Assembly (NCBI GenBank): GCA_964016885.1
Contig: OZ024742.1
Span: 348,192,001 to 348,256,000 of the forward strand
From: Eledone cirrhosa
Taxonomy: Eukaryota
Length of the DNA: 64,000 nt
Direction of reading: 5' to 3'
This document shows, one piece after another, positions 52,957-64,000 of this stretch. Both the position numbers and the translations under genes were made by a program. The first letter of the stretch is position 1, and each line of letters begins with the position of its first letter. The notes beneath the pieces are model-generated. The model was not told where the DNA came from, ran no database searches, and saw only the letters and a program-made list of their open reading frames with translations.

Positions 52957-53390
52957 ATATATATGTGTGTATACAGTTTAATATATATATATATGTGTGT
53001 ATAGAGTTTAATATATATATATATGTGTGTATAGAGTTTAATATATATATATATATATGTGTGTATACAGTTTAATATATATATATATATGTGTGTGTAT
53101 AGAGTTTAATATATATATATATGTGTGTATACAGTTTAATATATATATATATGTGTGTGTATAGAGTTTAATATATATATATATATGTGTGTATAGAGTT
53201 TAATATATATATATATGTGTGTGTATATATATATGTGTGTGTATAGAGTTTAATATATATATATATATGTGTGTATAGAGTTTAATATATATATATATGT
53301 GTGTGTATAGAGTTTAATATATATATATGTGTGTATACAGTTTAATATATATATATATGTGTGTGTATAGAGTTTAATATATATATATAT
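52957..53390. repeat. AT-rich ~27-30-bp satellite (gtgtgtatagagtttaatatatatatat)n, left block
   Basis: The same satellite resumes at 56921-57665 after the RTE insertion. Confidence 0.95.
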
Positions 53391-56300
53391 GCAAAGATAA
53401 AGACAAATTCACCTCTTGGACGAGAATGCGAGCACTCCTCATTGTTTCGACCGCGGACGGCTAACATAACCCCATCGCCCCCCGCCCCTCACCGCCCCCA
53501 ACCCCCAAACGCAATCCAAAACCTCAGAGTTGGTACCATAAATGTAGGCACCCTAAAGGGTCGCGCTAACGAGGTTGTAGAAATGCTTGAACGTAAGGAG
53601 GTCGATGTTTGTTGTATTCAAGAGACCAGGTGGAGGGGTGGGTCTGCTAGGTTCATTGAGGGTAAAAAACGATGTTATAAGCTTTTCTGGGTGGGAAACG
53701 ACGATGGGCTGGGTGGAGTAGGAATCATGGTAGCAGAAAAGTGGGCAGATAAGATAATAGACGTAAATAGAGTGAACGACAGAATAATTAAAATACGACT
53801 TGTCCTCAATAGAACTACGGTGACAGTAATATCTGCGTACGCACCCCAATCCGGACTGCCCGACACTATAAAAGACAGATTCTATGAGACACTGATGCTA
53901 ACTACCTCCCAAATATCCGACAGTGACTATATAATTATCGCAGGCGACCTAAATGGTCACGTTGGACAACATTGTGACGGCTACGACGAAATCCATGGAG
54001 GCTATGGGTTTGGTACTAGAAATGAGGAAGGCTCCAGAATCCTGGAATTCTGTGATGCAAATAACCTAACTATCTGTAACACTAACTTCAAAAAACGTGA
54101 CAATCACCTGATCACCTATAGATCCGGGGAACACACAAGCCAGGTAGATTATATCCTTACCAGAAGACGTGACAGAGTGTCTGTTGTAAACACTAAATCC
54201 CTCCCCCATGAAGAATGCACCTCCCAACATAGACTGATAATTAGCGACCTCATAGTCAGGACGAGACGTACTCGACAACAGAAGAGGACTATCCTCAGGA
54301 GGAAAATATGGAAGCTAAAGGACCCCACAGCCAGGAATAAATTTCAAAGCATATTACTTGATGCTTTCGACAGTAAGGAAGAACATTTAGAGTCGGACAA
54401 TATAGAGGGAGAGTGGGAATTTCTGAAAGCAAACCTGCTGTTGGCGACAGACGAAGTCTGTGGCTGGAGCAGGCCTGTAGGCAGGAGGAGAGTAACATGG
54501 TGGTGGAACAGTAAGGTGGAGGGGTCAATTAAGGCCAAAAAGCAGGCTTGGAAAGTATGGCGGGATGGGGGAAGTAGAGAGGACTATCAAGTGGCCAGGA
54601 GGGAAGCTAGGAGACAAGTGTACTTAGCAAGAAGGGAAGCTGAGGAAAGAAAGTTCAAGCATGTTCTACAACGCGATGACCAAAAACGTGAGGTGTTCAG
54701 GATTGCTAGGCAATGCGTCAAGGAAAACCGTGATATTGTCGGGGAGAAGTGTGTACTAAACGACGATGGCACACTTGCCATCACCGACGCTGATAAGAAG
54801 GTAGCTTGGAAGTGTCACTATGAAAGGCTACTAAATGAGGAGAATAATTGGGAGAAAGGCAGTCTCCCCCATATCGACCCAATAGAGGGACCAGCAGTGT
54901 TAGTCGAGGGGAGTATAATAAGTAAGGCAATCAAGGACATGAAGACTGGTAAGGCGGCTGGGCCTTCGGAAATAGTTGCTGAGATGCTGAAGGCATCTGG
55001 CACGGTGGGACACACCATGGTCACCCGCATAGTTAACCAAGTCGTACAGAATGGGGTTGTTCCGAAGGACTGGCATAGCAGCATCATCGTTAACTGTTAT
55101 AAGGGTAAAGGAGACGCCCTAGATAGGAGTAACTATAGAGGCATTAAATTAATCGACCAGGTCATGAAGGTCAAGGAAAAAGTAATAGCGCAACTAATCA
55201 GAGAGAGAATTGACCTAGATGAAATGCAGTTCGGGTTTGTGTCAGGCAAAAGTACCACAGACGCTCTTTTCATAGTACGACAACTACAGGAGAAGTACCT
55301 AGCTAAAGGTAAACCCCTCTACTTAGCTTTTGTCGACTTGGAGAAAGCCTTCGACAGAGTCCCCCGCTCCATTATCTGGTGGGCTCTTAGAAAACTAGGC
55401 GTTGACGAATGGCTTGTGAGGGCTATACAAGCCATGTATAAAGAAACAGTCAGCAAGGTTAGAATTAACAACGAATATAGTGAAGAGTTTAGCGTAAAAG
55501 TTGGCGTCCATCAGGGCTCTGTTCTCAGTCCACTACTATTTATTATTGCCCTTCAGGCTATAACAGAGGAGTTCAAGACAGGCTGCCCATGGGAACTCCT
55601 ATACGCAGACGACCTGACACTCATAGCGGAATCAATGGCCGAGCTAGAGAAGAAATTCCAAACATGGAAGCACGGCCTAGAGTCAAAAGGACTTAAAATT
55701 AACCTGGCTAAGACCAAAGTACTAGTTTGTAGGAAAGAAAACAAGGCGGCGGTCCCTTCTGGGAAATGGTCGTGCTCGGTGTGTAGGAAAGGCGTAGGTA
55801 GAAACTCCATTTTATGTCCTAAATGCAAAGTATGGGTGCATAAAAGATGTAGTGGGATCACAGGTAAGCTAACTAAGAACATAGATTTTACATGTGGCCG
55901 GTGCTCTGGTGCAATAAGTAGCAGCAAGTGCCCACAAACTACTAGCTCCTTCAATTGCGCAGAGGGTTCTATAGAAATAGTGGACAGCTTCCGTTACCTG
56001 GGCGATAAAATCAGCAGTGGGGGAGGGTGCTCTGAAAGTACTGTAGCTAGAGTCAGAACTGGTTGGAAAAAGTTCAGAGAGCTTATACCACTATTAGCTG
56101 CTAAAGGGTTCTCACTAAAAATGAAAGGCAGGTTGTACGATGCCTGCATACGAACAGCAATGCTGCATGGCAGTGAGACCTGGGCATTGTGTGCAGAGGA
56201 TATACGCAGACTAGAGAGGAACGAAGCTTGCATGCTCCGCTGGATGTGTAACAGTAATATACGTGAACGGCAAAGCATAAACGAACTAAGGAAAAAATTA

Positions 56301-56920
56301 GAGATAAGAGGGATCAGATGTTGTTTACTCGAGAGAAGGCTACGTTGGTATGGACACGTGATGCGCATGAAAGTCGATAGCTGTATAACAAAGTGCAGGG
56401 CAATAAAGATAGACGGTAGTCACGGAATAGGCAGACCTAGAAAAACCTGGGACGAGCTGATAAACTCCGACATCACACACTTACACCTCTCCAAGACAAT
56501 GTCACTGGACCGAGACCTTTGGCGGTACTCAGTAACAGAGAAGACCCGCCTTACCTAAATATATAGTAAACCCCGTCCCACCACCACCACCCCCACCCGA
56601 TCCACACCACCCCGTTCTATGTAAAGTTATGTTGGTGCCGCGCCATCGAGGCCGAAACAAATGAGATCGTGTAGGTGTCACGACAAAAAAACACACAGTC
56701 CACGCTGTAATGTGGCCGTGTAGGCAACACGGTAAAAACCTCCCAGACCCACACTGTAAATGTGGTTGGTGTTAGGAAGGGCATCCAACTGTAGAAAACC
56801 TGCCAGACAGTCCTATGCGAGCAAGACAATCACTCTTGCCTCAAGTGGGACTACCCCCGTCCAAACCCATGCAAGCGTGGAACACGGACGTTAAACGTTG
56901 ATGATGATGATGATGATGAT
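53391..56920 (+). mobile_element. Near-intact RTE-clade LINE with uninterrupted APE-RT(PHD insert) ORF ending at 56558, 3'UTR and (GAT)n tail
   Basis: APE motifs GTINVGTL, CCIQETRW, AGDLNGHVG, QVDYIL, SQHRL; RT motifs NYRGIKL, FVDLEKAFDRV, GVHQGSVLSP, YADD, FRYLG; no stops over about 1055 codons. Confidence 0.97.
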
Positions 56921-57665
56921 GTGTGTATACAGTTTAATATATATATATATGTGTGTGTATAGAGTTTAATATATATATATATATGTGTGTATAGAGTTTA
57001 ATATATATATATATGTGTGTGTATAGAGTTTAATATATATATATATATGTGTGTATAGAGTTTAATATATATATATATGTGTGTGTATAGAGTTTAATAT
57101 ATATATATATGTGTGTATACAGTTTAATATATATATATATGTGTGTGTATAGAGTTTAATATATATATATATATGTGTGTATAGAGTTTAATATATATAT
57201 ATATGTGTGTGTATAGAGTTTAATATATATATATATGTGTGTGTATAGAGTTTAATATATATATATATGTGTGTGTATAGAGTTTAATATATATATATAT
57301 GTGTGTGTATAGAGTTTAATATATATATATATGTGTGTATACAGTTTAATATATATATGTGTGTGTATAGAGTTTAATATATATATATATGTGTGTATAC
57401 AGTTTAATATATATATATATGTGTGTATAGAGTTTAATATATATATGTGTATATACAGTTTAATATATATATATATGTGTGTATAGAGTTTAATATATAT
57501 ATATATGTGTGTATACAGTTTAATATATATATATATGTGTGTATAGAGTTTAATATATATATATATGTGTGTATAGAGTTTAATATATATATATATGTGT
57601 GTATACAGTTTAATATATATATATATGTGTGTATAGAGTTTAATATATATATATATGTGTGTAGA
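56921..57665. repeat. AT-rich satellite, right block
   Basis: Same unit as 52957-53390. Confidence 0.95.
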
Positions 57666-57757
57666 GTATGAGACCGGCCCTTGGAGGAGACGTTGGTCCA
57701 CGAAAGGTCTAATTGCAACTGAATGAACTGGAACTATGGAAAATGAAGTGACTTGTT

Positions 57758-58201
57758 CATCATCACCATCATCATCTTCATCACCGCCGCCACCACCACC
57801 ACCACCACCACCACCGCCACCAACATCATCATCATCATTACCATCATCATTATCATTATCATCATCATTTAACATCTGTTTTCCTGGCTAGGAAAGGTGT
57901 GACTATTATCATTGTGATCAATACACATACACACACATGCAACACACACACATATGCACACAGACATGCAAACACACACACAGGCAAACACACACACATA
58001 CGCACACAGACACACATGCAAACACACACACATACAAACACACACACATACAAACATACAAACACAGACACATGCAAACACACATGCATACAAACACACA
58101 TGCATACACACAGACACATGCAAACACACATGCAAACAAACACACATACATGCACACAGGCACATGCAAACACACATACAAACACTCACAAACATAAACA
58201 T

Positions 58202-58270
<69 letters not shown>
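57758..58270. repeat. (CAT/CAC)n and (CA)n microsatellites
   Basis: Direct reading. Confidence 0.92.
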
Positions 58271-58272
<2 letters not shown>

Positions 58273-58392
58273 CTTAACATATCTTAATGTGTACTTAAGA
58301 AAGTGACTCATGTATAGATTACAAATCAATAAATACAGACAAATTGAACCTCTATTGAAGGCACTCCTTTATATATTTATTTATCTATGTAT

Positions 58393-58423
<31 letters not shown>

Positions 58424-58424
<1 letters not shown>

Positions 58425-58754
58425 GAAAGGTGGGTGAAAGTGGCGAGAATGGCCCGTGTGAATGGGCCTTCTCTTTACATAAGCCTGTAGGTGGAAAAGA
58501 GGAAGGAACGAGGGAGCACCCCCTCTCTGTGCTCCTGAGGAAAAGGGTTGCACACTTTTTTCGGGGGTGTGTGCGACCCCCCAAGGCGCCTCCTCTCTAT
58601 TGAGGATTTTGTTATAAATTTTATTTTTTGTTATATTTTATTTTATTTTTATATTTTGTTATTGCCTCCTCCTTATTGAGGACGCCTTTTTGTGTAAACT
58701 CCCCCCTTTGTACTTGTCCCACTTTTGATGCCCTGGTAGCAAATAAAAGAAACA

Positions 58755-58755
<1 letters not shown>
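58424..58755 (+). mobile_element. Tx1-like LINE 3' fragment A
   Basis: Homologous to the ORF end at 59410-59476; ends aataaaagaaacat followed by (ATCT)n. Confidence 0.85.
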
Positions 58756-58805
<50 letters not shown>

Positions 58806-58807
58806 AT

Positions 58808-59710
58808 GCAGCAATCAGTGGAGACTCCACTTCGACATTCTATAGAGGGATTGTACGTTACAAGGGCGACGACGTGCTCGGAGAGACTCTGGGCGTCGAA
58901 GACGATGAGCTCAACAGTATGTTTGGTAGGACTTTCCGCCCGGGACCTATGGACAACTTCCAGAGGTCCCTGGCCTGGCAGTGCTACCGAGGAGCTCTAC
59001 CGGTTCGTGACAAGATCTACAGGCACGGACGCCCTGGCAGGGATCCTTCCAAGAGGACGTGTCCAAGATGTGCGCAGGACATTGAAACAATTCTGCACGC
59101 AATTGTACACTGCCCGGGCGTAAGCGACCTGTGGAACTATGCAGAACAACTGCTGTCGCGTATGGGACAAATACAGTTGACTGCTGAGTCCATAGTAAGG
59201 ATCAAACCGCCAGACTCTTTCAAAAACGAAAGAGAGGCGGTTTTCCTCTGTACGGTGGCTATGGTGAAAGAAGTTATATGGTGGACGAGGTTGAGAGGAC
59301 TGAGGACAGATGCCTTTCTCTCCGGACAACAATTGATTCCATTCTTTAAGTATCACTTTAGAAGGAGAATCAGGGTGGAGAGAGAGGCACTGCACCCCAG
59401 TAAATTTACTGAAAGGTGGGTGAATGAAGCGAAAATGGCCCGAGTGATTGGGCCTTCTCTGTTTATAAGCCTGTAGGTTGAGGAAGAGAGCAAAAGGAAG
59501 AAAGGAGCACTTGCACAACACGCTCCTTGAGTTGAGGGTTGTTCTATCGACGGGGTATTAAACAACCCATTTGTGGCGCCTCCCCCCTATTGGGGATTTC
59601 GATTGTTGAAATTGTTTGTTTTTATTTTTTTTACACGACTCTATGTAAAATCCCCGGCATGTCTTTGTATTGTCCCCTTTCTTGTTGCGCCCTTGTGGCT
59701 AATAAAGAAA
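58808..59710 (+). mobile_element. Tx1-like LINE 3' fragment B (ORF2 C-terminus with CCHC finger)
   Basis: LAWQCYRGALPVRD...CPRCAQDIETILHAIVHCP (L1/Tx1 zf-RVT-type), followed by 3'UTR, aataaa and (ATCT)n. Confidence 0.9.
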
Positions 59711-59724
59711 TCTATCTATCTATA

Positions 59725-59867
59725 TGTAATGTCTCTCCCTATTGGGGAAAATCGACTAATTTTTAAATTGCATTTGTGATAATATTTTACACGTTTTTAT
59801 TGTATGTAAACTTCCCCCTTTGTATTTGTCCCCTTCTTTTGTGCCCCTGTGGCTAATAAAGAAACAT
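59725..59867 (+). mobile_element. Tx1-like LINE 3' fragment C
   Basis: ccccctttgtatttgtcccc...gtggctaataaagaaacat followed by (ATCT)n; matches the 3'UTR ends of A and B. Confidence 0.8.
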
Positions 59868-60059
59868 ATCTATCTATCTATCATCCTATTAATACCCATC
59901 AAACAATATATTTTCTCAATAGAAACTTCTACCTTATTAACATAGCAACACATGTAATAACATACCTTGCTAATTAGGAAAATGACTCAGGCATTCATTA
60001 ATCATAAAATAGTGAGGTGATATTGATTAGTGGTTAGAGTGGTAGGTTGGTAGCCCCAA

Positions 60060-63000
60060 TGTTGTGGTGTGTTGTGGTGTGTTGTGGTATGTTGTGGTAT
60101 GTTGTGGTATGTTGTGGTATGTTGTGGTGTGTTGTGGTATGTTGTGATATGTTGTAGTGTGTTGTGGTATGTTGTGGTATGTTGTGGTATGTTGTGGTGT
60201 GTTGTGGTATGTTGTGGTTTATTGTGGTATGTTGTGGTGTGTTGTGGTATGTTGTGGTATGTTGTGGTGTGTTGTGGTATGTTGTGGTATGTTGTGGCAG
60301 GTTGTGGTTTATTGTGGTATGTTGTGGTGTGTTGTGGTATGTTGTGGTGTGTTGTGGTATGTTGTGGTGTGTTGTGGTATGTTGTGGTATGTTGTGGTGT
60401 GTTGTGGTATGTTGTGGTGTGTTGTGGTGTGTTGTGGTATGTTGTGGTGTGTTGTGGTATGTTGTGGTGTGTTGTGGTATGTTGTGGTGTGTTGTGGTAT
60501 GTTGTGGTATGTTGTGGTATGTTGTGGTATGTTGTGGTATGTTGTGGTGTGTTGTGGTATGTTGTGGTGTGTTGTGGTGTGTTGTGGTATGTTGTGGTGT
60601 GTTGTGGTATGTTGTGGTATGTTGTGGTATGTTGTGTTGTGGTGCGTTGTGGTGTGTTGTGGCGTGTTGTGGTGTGTTGTGGTGTGTTGTGGTATGTTGT
60701 GGTATGTTGTGGTGTGTTGTGGTATGTTGTGGTACGTTGTGGTGTGTTGTGGTGTGTTGTGGTATGTTGTGGTATGTTGTGGTGTGTTGTGGTATGTTGT
60801 GGTACGTTGTGGTATGTTGTGTTATGTCATGGTATTTTGTTATATGTTGTGGTATGTTGTGGTGTGTTGTGGCGTGTTGTGGTGTGTTGTGGTATGTTGT
60901 GGTATGTTGTGGTATGTTGTGGTGTGTTGTGGTATGTTGTGGTATGTTGTGGTACGTTGTGGTATGTTGTGTTATGTCATGGTATTTTGTTATATGTTGT
61001 GGTAGGTTGTGGTGCGTTGTGGTGCGTTGTGGTGTGTTGTGGTGTGTTGTGGTGTGTTGTGGTGTGTTGTGGTATGTTGTGGTATGTTGTGGTATGTTGG
61101 GGTATGTTGTGGTGTGTTGTGGTATGTTGTGGTGCGTTGTGGTGTGTTGTGGTATGTTGTCTATCTTGTGGTGTGTTGTGGTATGTTGTGGTATGTTGTG
61201 GTATGTTGTGGTGTGTTGTGGTATGTTGTGGTATGTTGTGGTGTGTTGTGGTATGTTGTGGTATGTTGTGGCATGTTGTGGTATGTTGTGGTATGTTGTG
61301 GTATGTTCTGGTAAGTTGTGGTATGTTGTGTTATGTCATGGTATTTTGTGGTATGTTATGGTAGGTTGTGGTTTATTGTGGTATGTTGTGGTGTGTTGTG
61401 GTATGTTGTAGTATGTTGTGGTGTGTTGTGGTGTGTTGTGGTATGTTGTGGTATGTTGTGGTGTGTTGTGGTATGTTGTGGTATGTTGTGGTATGTTGCG
61501 GCATGTCGTGGTATGTTGTGGTATGTTGTGGTATGTTGTGGTATTTTGTGGTGTGTTGTGATATGTTGTGGTATGTTGGGGTATGTGGTGGTGTGTTGTG
61601 GTATGTTGTGGTGTGCTGTAGTATGTTGTGGTGTGTTGTGGTATGTTGTGGTGTGTTGTGGTATGTTGTCCTATGTTCTGTTATGTTGTGGTAGGTCATG
61701 GTATGTTGTGGTATGTTGTGGTATGTGATGGTATGTGATGGTTTGTTGTGTTATGTTGTGGTATGTTGTTGTGTGTTGTGGTGTGTTGTGGTGTGTTGTG
61801 GTATGTTGTGGTGTGTTGTGTGTTGTGGTGTGTTGTGATATGTTTTGGTATGTGATGGTATGTTGTGGTATGTCATGGTATGTTGTGGTGTGTCATGGTT
61901 TGTTGTGGTGTGCTGTAGTATGTTGTGGTATGTTGTGGCATGTTGTGGTATGTTGTGGTATGTTGTGGCATGTCGTATGTTGTGGTATGTTGTGGTGTGT
62001 TGTGGTACGTTGTGGTGTGTTGTGGTGTGTTGTGGGATGTTGTGGTGTGTTGTGGTATGGTGTGGTATGTCATGGTATGTTGTGGTATGTTGTGGTATGT
62101 TGTGGCATGTCGTGGTATGTGATGGTATGTTGTGGTGTGTTGTGGTATGTTGTGGTGTGTTGTGGTATGTTGTCCTATGTTCTGTTATGTTGTGGTAGGT
62201 CATGGTATGTTGTGGTATGTTGTGGTATGTGATGGTATGTGATGGTTTGTTGTGTTATGTTGTGGTATGTTGTGGTATGTTGTGGTATGTTGTGGTACGT
62301 TGTGGTGTGTTGTGGTGTGTTGTGGGATGTTGTGGTATGTTGTGGTATGTTGTGGTATGTTGTGGTGTGGTTGTGGTATGTTGTGGTATGTTGTGGTATG
62401 TTGTGGTGTGTTGTGGGATGTTGTGGTATGTTGTGGTATGTTGTGGTATGTTGTGGTGTGTTGTGGTATGTTGTGATATGTTGTGATATGTTGTGGTATG
62501 TTGTGGTGTGTTGTGGTATGTTGTGGTGTGTTGTGGTGTGTTGTGATATGTTGTGGTATGTGATGGTATGTTGTGGTATGTCATGGTATGTTGTGGTGTG
62601 TCAGGGTATGTCATGGAATGTTGTGGTATGTCTTGGTATGTTGTGGTGTGTTGTGATGTGTTGTGATATGTTATGGTTTGTTGTGGTGTGTTGTAGTATG
62701 TTGTGGTATGTTGTGGTATGTCATGGTATGTTGTGGTATGTTGTGGTATGCTGTGGCATGTCGTGGTATGTTGTGGTATGTCATGGTATGTTGTGGTGTG
62801 TTGTGGTATGGTGTGGTATGTCATGGTATGTTGTGGTATGTTGTGGTATGTTGTGGCATGTCGTGGTATGTGATGGTATTTGATGGTTTGTTGTGTTATG
62901 TTGTGGTATGTTGTGGTATGGTGTGGTATGTTGTGGTATGTCCTGGTATGTCCTGGTAAGTTGTGGTATGTTGTGGTGTGTTGTGGTGTGTTGTGGTATG

Positions 63001-64000
63001 TTGTGGTATGTTGTGGTGTGTTGTGGTGTGTTGTGGTATGTTGTGGTATGTTGTGGTATGTTGTGGTATGTGATGGTATGTGATGGTTTGTTGTGTTATG
63101 TTGTGGTATGTTGTGGTATAGTGTGGTATGTTGTGGTATGTTTTGGTAAGTTGTGGTGTGTTTTGGTATGCTGTGGTGTGTTGTGGTGTGTCATGGTATG
63201 TTGTACTATATTGTGGTATGTTGTGGTATGTTGTGGTATGTTGTGGTAAGTTGAGGCATGTCATGGTATGTTGTGGTATATTGTGGTATGTTGTGGTATG
63301 TTGTGGTATGTTGTGGTATGTTGTGGTATGTTGTGGTATGTTGTGGTATGTTGTGGTGTGTTGTGGTGTGTTGTGATATGTTGTGGTATGTTGTGGTATG
63401 TTGTATGTTGTGGTATGTTGTGGTATGTTGTGGTATGTTGTGGTATGTTGTGGTATTTTGTATGTTGTGGTATTTTGTATGTTGTGGTATGTTGTGGTAT
63501 GTTGTGGTATGTTGTATGTTGTGGTATGTTGTGGTATGTTGTGGTATATTGTGGTGTGTCGTGGTATGTCTTGGTATCTTGTGGTGTGTTGTGGTGTGTT
63601 GTGATATGTTGTGGTATGTGATGGTATATTTGGGTATGTTATGGTATGTTATGGAATGTTGTGGTATGTCTTGGTATGTTCTGGTATGTTTTGGTGTTTT
63701 GTGATGTGTTGTGGTATGTCATGTTTTGTTGTGGTGTGTTGTGGTATGTTTTGGTATGTTGTGGTATGTCATGGTATGTCATGGTATGTTGTGGTATGTT
63801 GTGTTATGTTGTGGTATGTTGTGGTATGTTGTGGTATGTTGTGGTATGGTGTGGTATGGTGTGGTATGTTCTAGTAAGTTGTGGTATGTCATGGAAGGTC
63901 ATGGTAATGTTGTTATGTTGTGGTTTGTTATGCTACGTTGTGGTATGCTCTGGTATGTTGTGGTATGTTGTGATATGTTGTGGTACGTTGTGGTATGTTG
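60060..64000. repeat. 10-bp satellite (gttgtggtRt)n, running off the window
   Basis: Direct reading; divergence increases toward the right. Confidence 0.97.

Noticed and set aside
51330-53004. Four overlapping 470-520 aa ORFs (Gly-rich, Cys/Pro-rich and others)
   Set aside because: The 57-bp unit is divisible by 3 and open in several frames on both strands, and it relates to non-triplet 55-bp arrays, so this is a repeat artefact.
60069-63874. Cys/Val/Trp-rich and His/Thr-rich ORFs
   Set aside because: Translation of the 10-bp satellite.

Overview
This is AT-rich, repeat-dense animal genomic DNA. The mix of repeats (RTE LINEs with (GAT)n tails, Nin/Deu-type tRNA SINEs, CR1, R4/Dong and Tx1 fragments, many minisatellites) suggests a cephalopod such as octopus; this is inference, not a database result. 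The only host coding sequence I can support is the first coding exon of a CaMKIV-like kinase (36673-36761, +). A CpG-rich putative regulatory island lies about 1.6 kb upstream, and the rest of the window downstream appears to be its first intron. The remainder is mobile elements and tandem arrays, including a near-intact RTE LINE with a PHD finger inside its RT, piggyBac-type MITEs and a Helitron 3' end. Nearly all long ORFs in the track are translation artefacts of tandem repeats. Most notable observations: (1) three Tx1-like 3' ends stacked in a (TATC)n tract; (2) a Dong/R4-like element whose 3' end shares the (TAA)n tail of a CR1; (3) a 6.6-kb 42-bp array forming one arm of an old palindrome whose other arm keeps a single unit, with a signal-peptide-like, dibasic-rich ORF on the minus strand; (4) minisatellites visibly derived from mobile-element subrepeats; (5) several near-perfect hairpins. 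None is proven to be a new system.
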